From the IMG/VR virus record IMGVR_UViG_2832410175_000003, positions 96,001-160,000 of that record: DNA of 64,000 nt. One strand, 5' to 3'. Shown piece after piece: positions 10,301 to 18,622 of this stretch; the first letter of the stretch is position 1, and every line of letters begins with the position of its first letter. Source of the DNA: a virus. Lineage: Duplodnaviria > Caudoviricetes. Under the pieces are notes generated by a model. That model saw only the letters and a program-made list of their open reading frames with translations. It was not told the DNA's origin and did not search any database. The translations under genes and the position numbers were made by a program.

Positions 10301-10731
10301 AACTGGAAGAACAGCTTCTCGCTGTCGAGCAGGAAATTGCTGAGGAACTGAAGCGAATCGTCGCTCAGGTGCTCCGCGAATGTGAAGACCGTGTACTGGC
10401 GGCAGGTATCGAAGACCTTCCGTTCCGCGTGAAGATTGAGAACCAGCAGGAAATTCTCGGGTATGTGGACATCCGGACAGGCAAGGAAGAAGACCGCAGA
10501 CTTGTTCTCGTGTCGGATTTTCGGCCACTTTTGAGTAAAGACACCGGAAAACCGTGGGGTTATGCTTGCTTTACACAGTCACTTGGTTCTGGTAAGCGCA
10601 TTCGATTGACGCTTCGGTCGCGGCAGTACGACCAGAATCCAATCAAAAACGGCAGCATCATTTACGTTGACCGATGCACGAAGAACAAATCCGGCTATTG
10701 GTATCTTGACCAGTATCATCTGGTCGGTTAA
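7375..10731 (+). CDS. dnaE: DNA polymerase III alpha subunit; likely ATA start at 7375 (ORF track start 7438)
   Basis: PHP motif NYHKHT upstream of 7438, GRGSA, PDIDF, NDLL, FNSSHS; RBS AGGGAG at 7361-7366. Confidence 0.93.
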   Translation: MIFQNYHKHTTYSNPRVSDSVVTYEDYAKRAVELGHSILSSCEHGWQGRYIECYDLAKQYGLKFLFAAEAYWVWDRHEEDRSNCHIWVGAKNENGREWINEVLSQANEDGFYYQPRLDEELLDLLPAGDVWITTACVAGWKYLGEEEERLKALWKKLYDKHGDNFMFEVQYHPSERQKELNRYILNLRKEIPAPIIMGCDSHYIEENGAELRSDFLLSKEDRKAYDDEEEWFMDYPDGDTAVRRFREQGVLTEAEITEAIDRTNCFLEVEEYECDIFDDSLKLFSLHPDWTQEQKNAEYLRLVDEGWQNYKAEVATDLLSKYEKEIKSETDTVVECHMADYFIDNYHVIRRGKELGGHLTNTGRGSAVSFFTNKLLGFTEVDRIAAKVKMYPERFMTATRILETHSLPDIDFNVAEQDIFAEGQAQVCGRDHAVQMLAYGTQKASAAWKMFAKSQNIDFATANEVSAQIKRYENKLHTVDEEEKDTIDIMDYIDKRFHDVYLRSTEYQGIITSWSPAPCAFLLYQGSIRRKIGLVKIKDRICCAMDGHWAEKNHFLKNDLLRVAVVDLINKGYTRAGLKVPTVNELLAMCPSEDPVWDIYRKGCTLGINQVEQPGTASRVGVYAPTNISELCAFIAAIRPGFKSMYKIFESRQDFSYDVKPFDDLLRTEELPQSFCLYQEQQMAVLNYAGFPMSECYAAIKNIAKKRKEKVLAYHERFINAFSKRLVEQENINKTDAAEKAKNVWKIIEDAAQYAFNSSHSYSVSLDSLYGAWLKQHHPLAFYETFMRIMDEKGDKDKLAAAKDEAESYFNIKFPPFKFGQDNRKVTADEENNAISNALTSIKGFNKAAAVALYELGQEPPKYLSDVLLALRPKSIMKSTTEPLAQISYFSSYGNDREVLNIIALCEEFGYGAKASMPRERVDNSFLADIVPKYADGLKKDGQPATRYTFTSLQMSTLKDEKKRLAAALKKNPTPELEEQLLAVEQEIAEELKRIVAQVLRECEDRVLAAGIEDLPFRVKIENQQEILGYVDIRTGKEEDRRLVLVSDFRPLLSKDTGKPWGYACFTQSLGSGKRIRLTLRSRQYDQNPIKNGSIIYVDRCTKNKSGYWYLDQYHLVG

Positions 10732-10741
10732 GGAGGAAGAC

Positions 10742-10921
10742 ATGATTAAGAGACACATAGTAGAAATCATCGAAGAATTGGACAAGGACGGGAAGGTTGT
10801 CTCCCGAACGACGACTACCACGGATGAGACAGACGACAACCATTACGGAAGTTATTATCCGCCGATTACGCAGAACCCGTTTTACGCGGAAACGCCGGAG
10901 GACTCAAAGTACGCCGTATGA
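10742..10921 (+). CDS. Phage hypothetical protein
   Basis: AAGGAGG RBS, ATG 10742, ATGA overlap with next gene. Confidence 0.65.
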   Translation: MIKRHIVEIIEELDKDGKVVSRTTTTTDETDDNHYGSYYPPITQNPFYAETPEDSKYAV

Positions 10922-11115
10922 TTCCTAAATTCCCAAACCCTAAGAACCCACGAGATCCCGATTATGTTCCGGAGATTATCGGCCGCTGTGAAAACTGCGG
11001 CAATGAGTTATCTCCGGATTGGGAGCTCTGGAAAGATAAAGACAGCAACCTGTTTTGCTGCGAAGAATGTGCCATCTCGTATAATGGCATCCGCGAAATC
11101 GACGACCTGTTTTAA
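10918..11115 (+). CDS. Small putative zinc-binding protein
   Basis: CENCG...FCCEEC. Confidence 0.6.
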   Translation: MIPKFPNPKNPRDPDYVPEIIGRCENCGNELSPDWELWKDKDSNLFCCEECAISYNGIREIDDLF

Positions 11116-11123
11116 GAAAGAGA

Positions 11124-11366
11124 GTGATGAGAATGGAAGAAATGTCAAAGACCGCGATGGAAACCATCGTAGACTACAACCAGCAGGACGACACAGCACA
11201 TGTGTTCACATATGACCCTGCGCTCCAGAAGAAGATGGACAAGCTCTGCGCCGATCATCCCGAAGAGGTTTGTATGACAATTGAGTGCAACGGTTCTAAG
11301 AACTACACGTTCCCAAAGAGCTGGCTCAAGATTACCGCACCGCGCAAGAAGAAGGTGACCGCGTGA
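11124..11366 (+). CDS. Hypothetical protein, apparent homolog of IME protein 46829-47134
   Basis: ETIVDYNQQDDTAHVFTY versus ETIINWNEGETIASIYTF. Confidence 0.65.
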   Translation: MMRMEEMSKTAMETIVDYNQQDDTAHVFTYDPALQKKMDKLCADHPEEVCMTIECNGSKNYTFPKSWLKITAPRKKKVTA

Positions 11367-12217
11367 ACGTAAAGTTACTCGCTTGGACACCAATGCCGGA
11401 ACTTGTTGTCGCGGCGGCCGGCAAGGGTTGTTACTCTTCCGGCACGGCTGCGGATATTCTGGGGGACATTACTCCGGAACAGGCGGCAAAGTTCATCCGA
11501 CAGATTAAACGTTCCGGTCATACTTCTGTTCTAGAGCATGCGTCTTTTACGTTCGGTATCGACGGGATATCCCGCTCTCTGCTTGCACAGATTACGCGCC
11601 ATCGTATCGCATCTTTTTCGGTGCAGAGTCAGCGCTATGTCAATATGGCAAAGCCGGAGTTCGTGATGCCGGAGGCTGTAAAGAATAATCTGGCCGCCAA
11701 GCTGATGTTCGAGAACTGCATGGAGACGATCAGAGCGACCTACAGCGACATTCACGCAACACTCATGAGCGAAAAGCTCCGTGAGAAGTACGCGCAGTAC
11801 GCAATCGGCGACTTCAATATCGAGTTCCGCAACAGCGGCCAGTTCTTCTATCTGCAGCTTGACGCCATTATGGAGCAGAAGAAGAACGAGGACGAAGCGC
11901 TGTATAAACAGTACAAGAAAGATCGCTCGGCGGCTGAAAAATACGCTAACGAGAATGCCCGCTGCGTGCTCCCAAATGCCGCAGGAACGTCGTTCTCTGT
12001 AACCATGAATGCACGCGAATTGCTCAGTTTCTTCGCTCTACGGTGCTGTAATCGCGCACAGGACGAGATTAGAGAGCTGGCGGAGCAAATGTTAGTTTTA
12101 TGCCAGAAGGTTGCGCCGACTATCTTTGAAAACGCCGGTGCGCCGTGTGTTTCCGGCTCCTGTCCCGAGGGTGTCATGACATGCGGACATCCGAAGACCC
12201 GCCAGAAGGGAGAATAA
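11363..12217 (+). CDS. thyX: FAD-dependent thymidylate synthase with an internal insertion
   Basis: GHTSVLEH, QITRHRIASFSVQSQRY, MNARELL..F..R, AQDEIR. Confidence 0.95.
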   Translation: MNVKLLAWTPMPELVVAAAGKGCYSSGTAADILGDITPEQAAKFIRQIKRSGHTSVLEHASFTFGIDGISRSLLAQITRHRIASFSVQSQRYVNMAKPEFVMPEAVKNNLAAKLMFENCMETIRATYSDIHATLMSEKLREKYAQYAIGDFNIEFRNSGQFFYLQLDAIMEQKKNEDEALYKQYKKDRSAAEKYANENARCVLPNAAGTSFSVTMNARELLSFFALRCCNRAQDEIRELAEQMLVLCQKVAPTIFENAGAPCVSGSCPEGVMTCGHPKTRQKGE

Positions 12218-12218
12218 G

Positions 12219-12758
12219 TTGGCACATATCATCATTGTAAATGGACCCGCGAGAAGCGGAAAGGACACATTTTGTTCTTTGTGCCGAGACCGGGCTTATT
12301 TCTACGATATGCTGATCGCACAGATCAGCTCTGTAGATATCATCAAGGAAGTCGCTCGACGGCTTGGCTGGAACGGTGAGAAGGACGACAAGTCCAGAAA
12401 GTTCTTGTCTGACCTGAAAGACCTGTCGACGCAGTATTCCGACGCGCCGCTTGAGTATCTGACCAAGGAATTCAATCGGGTAAAGGATCACGACAACGTC
12501 ATGCTGTTCATGCACATCCGTGAACCGGAGGAGATTCAGCGAGCCAAGGAACGTTTTGACGCTCTGACGCTGCTGATTAAGCGACCGGGTTACGAGCCAA
12601 TCCAGAGCAACCACGCCGACCGTGATGTTGACCAGTTCGATTACGATTATACGATTGTAAATAACGGCACGATGCAGGATCTGGAACAGCAGGCCAGCGA
12701 TTTCATCGAAAAGGTAAAGGGCGGCTACTTTGAAAAACGCCGCGAGGAAGTTAAGTAA
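12219..12758 (+). CDS. P-loop nucleotide (dNMP-like) kinase
   Basis: NGPARSGKDT Walker A; context among nucleotide-metabolism genes. Confidence 0.7.
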   Translation: MAHIIIVNGPARSGKDTFCSLCRDRAYFYDMLIAQISSVDIIKEVARRLGWNGEKDDKSRKFLSDLKDLSTQYSDAPLEYLTKEFNRVKDHDNVMLFMHIREPEEIQRAKERFDALTLLIKRPGYEPIQSNHADRDVDQFDYDYTIVNNGTMQDLEQQASDFIEKVKGGYFEKRREEVK

Positions 12759-12769
12759 GAAGGGTGCCT

Positions 12770-13957
12770 ATGCTAAAAATCCAGAAGAAAGATGGTTCTA
12801 TCGAAGCGTTCTCCAGTCAAAAGATCGTTTCCGCGATTCGTAAGTCCGCTAATCGTGCTATGTATGACCTGTCCGATGAACAATGCCGCCGCGTTGTTGA
12901 TTTGACGTTGACTCACCTTGCAGAGCATGGCGGGGACGTTGCTCCGGTTGCAAACGTACACAATGCAGTCGAGAGAGCTCTGGACGATGTAGCTCCAGAT
13001 GTGGCCAAGTGTTATCGCGATTATCGCAACTACAAGCAGGATTTTGTCCATATGCTCGATGATGTCTACCGCAAGAGTCAGGCAATTCGTTATATCGGTG
13101 ACCGAAATAATGCCAACACGGATTCCGCTCTGGTTCCGACTCAGCGTAGTTTGATTTACAATGAGCTGTCCAGTGCATTGTATAAGAAATTCTTCTTGAA
13201 TCGAGAAGAGCGCGAGGCTATGAAAGACGGTTACATCTACATTCATGACCGATCTGCACGACTTGACACGATGAATTGCTGCCTTTTCGACATGGAGAAC
13301 GTCCTAACTGGCGGCTTTGAGATGGGCAATGTCTGGTACAATGAGCCAAAGACGCTTGACGTGGCGTTCGATGTTATCTCCGATGTTGCAATCAGCGCGG
13401 CCGCTTGTCAGTATGGCGGATTCACCATCCCTGAAGTAGACAAGATTTTGGCTCCTTATGCCGAAAAATCGTACCAGAAATACTTTGAGGAGTACACAGA
13501 AATTGCGGTTTACAACAATCTTGGCGACCACGAGGATGTACTGACCGCCGCCGATGAGTATGCTGTGAAGAAGGTTCAGCGTGATATGGAACAGGGATTC
13601 CAGTCTTGGGAATATCGTTTCAACACGGTTGGTTCCAGTCGCGGTGATTATCCGTTCATTGCGGTTTCGTTTGGTCTTGACAATTCTCGCTTCGGCCGAA
13701 TGGCATCCATGACTTGTATGAACGTTCGAGCAGGCGGACAGGGAGCTGCTGGGCATAAAAAGCCAGTGCTGTTCCCGAAACTGACGTTCCTTTATGATGA
13801 GGAGCTTCATGGAGAAGGGAAACCGATGGAAGACGTCTTTGAGTGTGGAGTAGATTGCAGTACCAAGGCCATGTATCCAGATTTTCTTTCGTTGACCGGC
13901 GAGGGCTATATTCCTTCTATGTATAAGAAGTATGGCCGTGTCGTGTCACTCATGGGT
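12770..13957 (+). CDS. nrdD: Anaerobic class III ribonucleotide reductase, exon 1
   Basis: N-terminal ATP cone, YIHD, MNCCL, QYGG, FPKL; ends ...SLMG at the intron. Confidence 0.95.
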
Positions 13958-14260
13958 TGAGAAAAGCACCGTAGCCCATGTAAAATTCCGCGAACCTGCA
14001 AATGCAGGGTGTGAGGGCGGCGTTTAGTGTGAGTAGGAAATGACTCGTTAACGTCCTTGCTAACAGGGAAGGCTTGTGAAAGCAAGATAATCGCTGTGCT
14101 ATGAAAATGTGAAACGACTACCGAAAGGGTATCTGAGGCGAAAGTAGGGTTGCCTCAGAGAGTAACCGAGTAGGGTACACAGTAGGTGAGAATCCTGCTG
14201 TGGAAGCGCGGAAAGCTGACCTAACAGCTATGATATAGTCTGAGCGGCATAGTCCGCTTG
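13958..14260 (+). ncRNA. Group I self-splicing intron (IA-like), 303 nt, no homing endonuclease
   Basis: P1 CATGGGT/GCCCATG with U.G at the 5' splice site; P3 TTCCGCG 13986 / CGCGGAA 14207; P7 GACTA 14116 / TAGTC 14236; J8/7 GATATAGTC; P9 hairpin; terminal G 14260; splicing restores MG-CR. Confidence 0.95.
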
Positions 14261-15220
14261 TGCAGAGCTTCGCTCTCGCCTTGGTTTGAACGAGGAGGAG
14301 AGCACCCAGAAGACGAGAACGACAAGCCCGTCTTCGTTGGCCGATTTAATCTCGGCGCAATTTCCCTTCATTTGCCGATGATTTTGGCAAAGTCCCGTCA
14401 GGAGAACCGCGACTTCTACGAGGTGCTTGACTACTACCTCGAGATGATTCGAAATCTCCATAAGAAGACCTACGATTATCTGGCCGAGAAGAAGGCTTCT
14501 ACCAATCCACTTGGTTTCTGTCAGGGAGGCTTCCTTGGCGGCCATCTTGAACCAGAGGAGAAGATTGGCAAGCTGCTCCCGCCAATGACCGCATCATTCG
14601 GTATTACTGCTTTGAATGAACTGCAGGAGCTGTATAACGGCAAGTCTATCGTCGAGGATGGCGCGTTCGCGCTGGAAGTGATGCAGTACATCAACAAGAA
14701 GGCCGAGGAGTTCAAAAGGGCAGACCACATTCTGTACGCTCTCTACGGAACGCCGGCCGAATCCCTTTGTGGATTACAGATTGAACAGTTCCGCAAGAAG
14801 TATGGCATCGTAAAGGGCGTATCCGACCGACCGTATGTATCGAATAGCTTCCATTGCGGTGTTTGGGAGAACATCACTCCGCCGCAGAAGCAGGATCTCG
14901 AAAATCGCTTCTGGGATTTGTTCAATGGCGGCAAAATCCAGTATTGTCGATACCCGGTATCTTACAACAAAGGTGCCCTCCGTTCGCTGATTCGCCGAGC
15001 GATGAAACTGGGATTCTACGAAGGCGTAAACCTGTCGTTGGCGTACTGTGAGAAGTGCGGGTATGAACAGCTTGATATGGATGTCTGCCCGAAGTGCGGA
15101 TCGACTGACGTCACAAAGATTGATAGGATGAATGGCTATCTTGGTTATACTCGTGTTCACGGCAAGACACGATACAACGACGCTAAGAACGCAGAAATCA
15201 AAGACCGCGTCAGCATGTAA
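14261..15220 (+). CDS. nrdD: Anaerobic class III ribonucleotide reductase, exon 2
   Basis: Starts with catalytic CRASL; GRFNLGAIS, YGTPAESL, Zn ribbon CEKCG...CPKCG, glycyl-radical RMNGYLG. Confidence 0.95.
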   Translation, partial: CRASLSPWFERGGEHPEDENDKPVFVGRFNLGAISLHLPMILAKSRQENRDFYEVLDYYLEMIRNLHKKTYDYLAEKKASTNPLGFCQGGFLGGHLEPEEKIGKLLPPMTASFGITALNELQELYNGKSIVEDGAFALEVMQYINKKAEEFKRADHILYALYGTPAESLCGLQIEQFRKKYGIVKGVSDRPYVSNSFHCGVWENITPPQKQDLENRFWDLFNGGKIQYCRYPVSYNKGALRSLIRRAMKLGFYEGVNLSLAYCEKCGYEQLDMDVCPKCGSTDVTKIDRMNGYLGYTRVHGKTRYNDAKNAEIKDRVSM

Positions 15221-15230
15221 GAGGTGAAGC

Positions 15231-15734
15231 ATGAATTATCATAACATTACCAAGGATGACATGCTGAACGGAACCGGCCTGCGTGTCGTATTATGGGTAT
15301 CGGGGTGCGCTCATGCGTGCCCCGGTTGCCAGAACCCACAGACGTGGGAACAGATGTCTGGTATCCCATTTGACAAAGAAGCGATGGACGAGATTCGTGT
15401 AGAGCTTCAGAAAGATTATATCGACGGAATTACACTGTCTGGCGGTGACCCTCTGTTCCCGGGTAATCGTGGAGCGGTAACTCGCTTGCTCCAGACAATC
15501 CGTGAAGAGTTTCCGGATAAAACCATTTGGCTGTATACTGGCTATTCGTATGAGCAGGTATGCACTTTACCTGCTGTGGAACTGGCCGATGTCCTTGTCG
15601 ATGGAGAATATCTGGAGACCAAAAGAGACGTAAACGCGCCGTGGGTCGGAAGTACCAACCAGCGCGTAATTGATATTAAAAAGACCGCGACGAGCGGGAA
15701 AATTACCTTGTGGGAGGACAAACATTGTATTTAA
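15231..15734 (+). CDS. nrdG: Anaerobic RNR activating radical SAM enzyme
   Basis: NGTGLRVVLWVSGC, CAHACPGC, SGGDPL, GSTNQR. Confidence 0.95.
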   Translation: MNYHNITKDDMLNGTGLRVVLWVSGCAHACPGCQNPQTWEQMSGIPFDKEAMDEIRVELQKDYIDGITLSGGDPLFPGNRGAVTRLLQTIREEFPDKTIWLYTGYSYEQVCTLPAVELADVLVDGEYLETKRDVNAPWVGSTNQRVIDIKKTATSGKITLWEDKHCI

Positions 15735-16240
15735 CCGTAGCAGAATTTGACACCGTGAGCTATCCGCAGTTCACGGCAGACGTAAAAAAATGCAACCCGC
15801 TCATTTCGGAGGGTTGCATCGAAGATATGTGGCGCGACCTTGTTTTCCCTGATCGCGCGACTGAAGGCAGTGCAGGATATGACTTCCGCGTGCCGTATGA
15901 CATTATCCTTGAACCGGGTGAGTCGGCACTGATCCCGACCGGTATGCGCTGCCAGATCGAAGAAGGCTGGGTGCTGATGCTGTTCCCACGTTCCAGTATG
16001 GGCTTCAAGTACCGTATGCAGCTTGATAATGGCACAGGTATTGTGGACGGGGACTACATTTTCGCCGAGAACGAAGGTCACATCATGGCAAAGATTACGA
16101 ACGACAGCCGCGAAGGCAAGACAATGCACCTGCGAGCGGGTGACCGATTTATGCAGGGCGTGTTCGTTCCTTACGGCGTCACGGTTGATGACGAGCCAAG
16201 AGGGAAGAGAACCGGCGGCCTCGGCTCCACTGGCAATTAA
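15725..16240 (+). CDS. dut: Trimeric dUTPase
   Basis: SAGYD, PRSS, GIVDGDY, RTGGLGSTG; TTG start after GGAGG. Confidence 0.93.
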   Translation: MYLTVAEFDTVSYPQFTADVKKCNPLISEGCIEDMWRDLVFPDRATEGSAGYDFRVPYDIILEPGESALIPTGMRCQIEEGWVLMLFPRSSMGFKYRMQLDNGTGIVDGDYIFAENEGHIMAKITNDSREGKTMHLRAGDRFMQGVFVPYGVTVDDEPRGKRTGGLGSTGN

Positions 16241-16284
16241 AAAGAGACGTCGAGGTACCTTCTCAACGTCTCGGTGGCAGCCAG

Positions 16285-16380
16285 TTACTTGTTGCCAAAG
16301 AACTTTCGCTCAATCCAGAACCATGCACCCGCCGAAGCGATGCCGATTATGAACTGAACTACCATTAGTTGCAGTGACAT
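16285..16380 (-). CDS. 31-aa type I toxin-like membrane peptide (absent from ORF track)
   Basis: MSLQLMVVQFIIGIASAGAWFWIERKFFGNK; AAGGAGG RBS sequestered in a CTCCTTT-ttcg-AAAGGAG hairpin; own promoter. Confidence 0.75.
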   Translation of the reverse strand: MSLQLMVVQFIIGIASAGAWFWIERKFFGNK

Positions 16381-16445
16381 GAGTTTCCTCCTTTCGAAAA
16401 AGGAGAATAGCAAATTGATCCGTATTACCAAAGGCCACCAACGGC

Positions 16446-16475
16446 ATTATACTGCAGTGGATAGCGAATAGTCAA
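16446..16475 (-). promoter_or_regulatory. SigA promoter for peptide 16285-16380
   Basis: TTGACT-N18-TATAAT on the minus strand. Confidence 0.7.
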
Positions 16476-16564
16476 ATAAAAAGAGCCGGCTCACTAACAA
16501 TTACAACAACGTGCTCGCGACTGCCTTAAAGATCGCAAACAACAAAGAACAGCGATTCAAGAAG

Positions 16565-16589
16565 AAAAAAGGAGCGGCTTTGCCGCTCC
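16565..16589 (-). terminator. Intrinsic terminator
   Basis: GGAGCGGC/GCCGCTCC hairpin plus U-tract on the minus strand. Confidence 0.75.
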
Positions 16590-16605
16590 AAGCACCGAAG
16601 AGACT

Positions 16606-16716
16606 TCAGGTAAGCTGTTCAATGAAGAATTTCAGCGCGCCCCAAAGGGCGGCCGCAAGCACTCCATACGCTACCGTAGCAGCGGAACAGCAAACTTTAG
16701 ATCGAAAGTCTCTCAT
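16606..16716 (-). CDS. 36-aa hydrophobic peptide, second type I toxin candidate (absent from ORF track)
   Basis: MRDFRSKVCCSAATVAYGVLAAALWGALKFFIEQLT; AAGGAGG RBS; promoter TTGACG-N17-TATGAT at 16838-16810. Confidence 0.65.
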   Translation of the reverse strand: MRDFRSKVCCSAATVAYGVLAAALWGALKFFIEQLT

Positions 16717-16881
16717 AGTAACCTCCTTTTACAGAAGGCGACGCAGTCGAGTAGGTAAGAGACTGCGAAAATCCGCCGAATTGCGGGTGATTCTGGTGGT
16801 GCAATACCAATCATACCGCGTTTTCTAAAATTCGTCAAGGTTCGCTGTATCCGTAAAAAAAAGGCACCCGAAAAGGGTGCC

Positions 16882-17172
16882 TCACCTATTGGGATGGATA
16901 TACCACACGCCCTCGGGCGTTTTCCAAACCTTCGTCCGATGATTGCCGATTTTAACCCCGTACTCGGTAGCACGAAGGTCTTTATTGAACATGCAGCCGG
17001 TGACGAGACGTATACGATAGCCTTTGTTGAGATAGCTTATCAGCTCTGGTTGTGATGTGTGCGGATTGAGTGTCACACTAACTTCGGCAAACCCTGCGCG
17101 CTGTTCAATCGGCGGCAGAGTAACCGGAGAATACTTTGCATATGCGGCGTTGCCGCTGATGGGGTCGTACAT
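16882..17172 (-). CDS. Hypothetical protein, probably SOS-inducible
   Basis: GAGGTG RBS, own terminator at 16855-16882, LexA box in promoter. Confidence 0.7.
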   Translation of the reverse strand: MYDPISGNAAYAKYSPVTLPPIEQRAGFAEVSVTLNPHTSQPELISYLNKGYRIRLVTGCMFNKDLRATEYGVKIGNHRTKVWKTPEGVWYIHPNR

Positions 17173-17189
17173 AGTATCACCTCAAACCC

Positions 17190-17218
17190 ATTATAGAACA
17201 AATGTTCGATAAAATCAA
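17190..17218 (-). promoter_or_regulatory. SigA promoter with a LexA/DinR SOS box in the spacer
   Basis: TTGATT-N17-TATAAT; GAAC-N4-GTTC at 17196-17207. Confidence 0.8.
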
Positions 17219-17319
17219 GCGTACAATTAAATAAAGGTTTAGGGCGCTTCGCACCCCATTTTTTTCGAATTATTGTAAACCTTATAAAAGTATGCTATTA
17301 TAAAGAAAGGTTCTAATAG

Positions 17320-17526
17320 ATGAAAACTTATAAATTGCTGACTGCCGATGAAGTGTCCAAGTCATTAGGCGTTTCGGTGTCCTATGCTTATAAGATTATC
17401 CGCCAGTTGAATGATGAACTTCAAAATCAAGGGTATCTTACAATACATGGGAAAATCGATTCGTCATATTTTCAGAAGCGGTTCTTCCCCTCTTTTGGGA
17501 AGGAGGATATTTATGCCTCAGTATAA
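17320..17526 (+). CDS. xis: Excisionase-like HTH protein
   Basis: LTADEVSKSLGVSVSYAYKIIRQLN; directly upstream of the integrase. Confidence 0.8.
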   Translation: MKTYKLLTADEVSKSLGVSVSYAYKIIRQLNDELQNQGYLTIHGKIDSSYFQKRFFPSFGKEDIYASV

Positions 17527-18622
17527 GTACACTACAAAAAAAGGAGTGAAGTGGTACTCAAAGTTCAACTATCTCGATGCTCAAACTAATAAGTTTGTAA
17601 CTACGCTGAAACGCGGATTTTCATCAAAACGAGAGGCGAGAGCGTTTGAAGAAAATTTTTTGGATGAACTAGATTCTCAGTCTCAGTCTTCGACAACGCA
17701 TACCATAACGGATATTTATAACGAATATCTTTCTTCGTTTAAGCGTTCGGATATGAAACAGTCTACTCTGCAGACCAAACACAACATATTTGCCAGCTAT
17801 ATCGCTCCGTATTTTGAAGGCATCCCAGTTGAAGAAATTACAGCCGCAGACATCGCCGCATGGCAGAAAAATGTCAAGGAAACAAAAAAGTCAAACGGTC
17901 AGCCGCTTTCTCCGGCTTATCTGCGAACGGTACAATCTCAGCTCAACGCTTTGATAAACTATGCAAGTGGCAAAGGGTATATTTCTATCAACCCTCTGGT
18001 TGACATCAAGAACATGGGAGTGAAAGGTAGACGACTTCTTTTCTGGAGTTACGAAGAATATGAAAAGTTTGCATATGAAGCTATGAATTTTCCAACTTAC
18101 TATTATGCTTATGAAGTCTTATATTGGTGCGGCATTCGAGAAGGCGAATTACTCGCTCTCACGCGCGAAGATATAGACTTAGACAATCAAACGATTCGCA
18201 TCAATAAGACATATAGCCGAGTTGGGCGAAAAGACATTATCACAACTCCTAAAACACAAAGCTCCGTAAGAACGATTAGCATTCCTCGATTTCTTTGTGA
18301 TGAATTGACGGAATACTTTGCAATGAAGTATGATTTAACGCCAGACCAGCGTATCTTTGTTTTTACAAAGCACGGATTATCGAGCAATTTCCATTCTTTG
18401 ATTGCAAAAGCTAATGTCCCAGATATGCCAATCCACGGATTGAGACATTCTCATGTGTCCCTTCTTATCAGTAAACAATATAACATTTTTGAAATTTCAA
18501 AACGTATTGGCCATAAATCCATCAGTACAACACAAGATATTTACGGCCATTTGTTTGACAATGTTCAAAAAGCTATTGCGGACGATCTCAATTCAATGAG
18601 GAGTGTTAGAACGGATGTCTAA
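17513..18622 (+). CDS. int: Tyrosine integrase
   Basis: N-terminal arm domain KRGF, GIREGE, HGLRHSH, IGH...Y; AGGAGG RBS before ATG 17513. Confidence 0.95.
   Translation: MPQYKYTTKKGVKWYSKFNYLDAQTNKFVTTLKRGFSSKREARAFEENFLDELDSQSQSSTTHTITDIYNEYLSSFKRSDMKQSTLQTKHNIFASYIAPYFEGIPVEEITAADIAAWQKNVKETKKSNGQPLSPAYLRTVQSQLNALINYASGKGYISINPLVDIKNMGVKGRRLLFWSYEEYEKFAYEAMNFPTYYYAYEVLYWCGIREGELLALTREDIDLDNQTIRINKTYSRVGRKDIITTPKTQSSVRTISIPRFLCDELTEYFAMKYDLTPDQRIFVFTKHGLSSNFHSLIAKANVPDMPIHGLRHSHVSLLISKQYNIFEISKRIGHKSISTTQDIYGHLFDNVQKAIADDLNSMRSVRTDV

Noticed and set aside
12764-15220. nrdD as a pseudogene, split gene, intein or stop-readthrough case
   Set aside because: The spacer has group I intron core pairings and its exact removal restores MGCR; it begins with a stop codon and has no intein features
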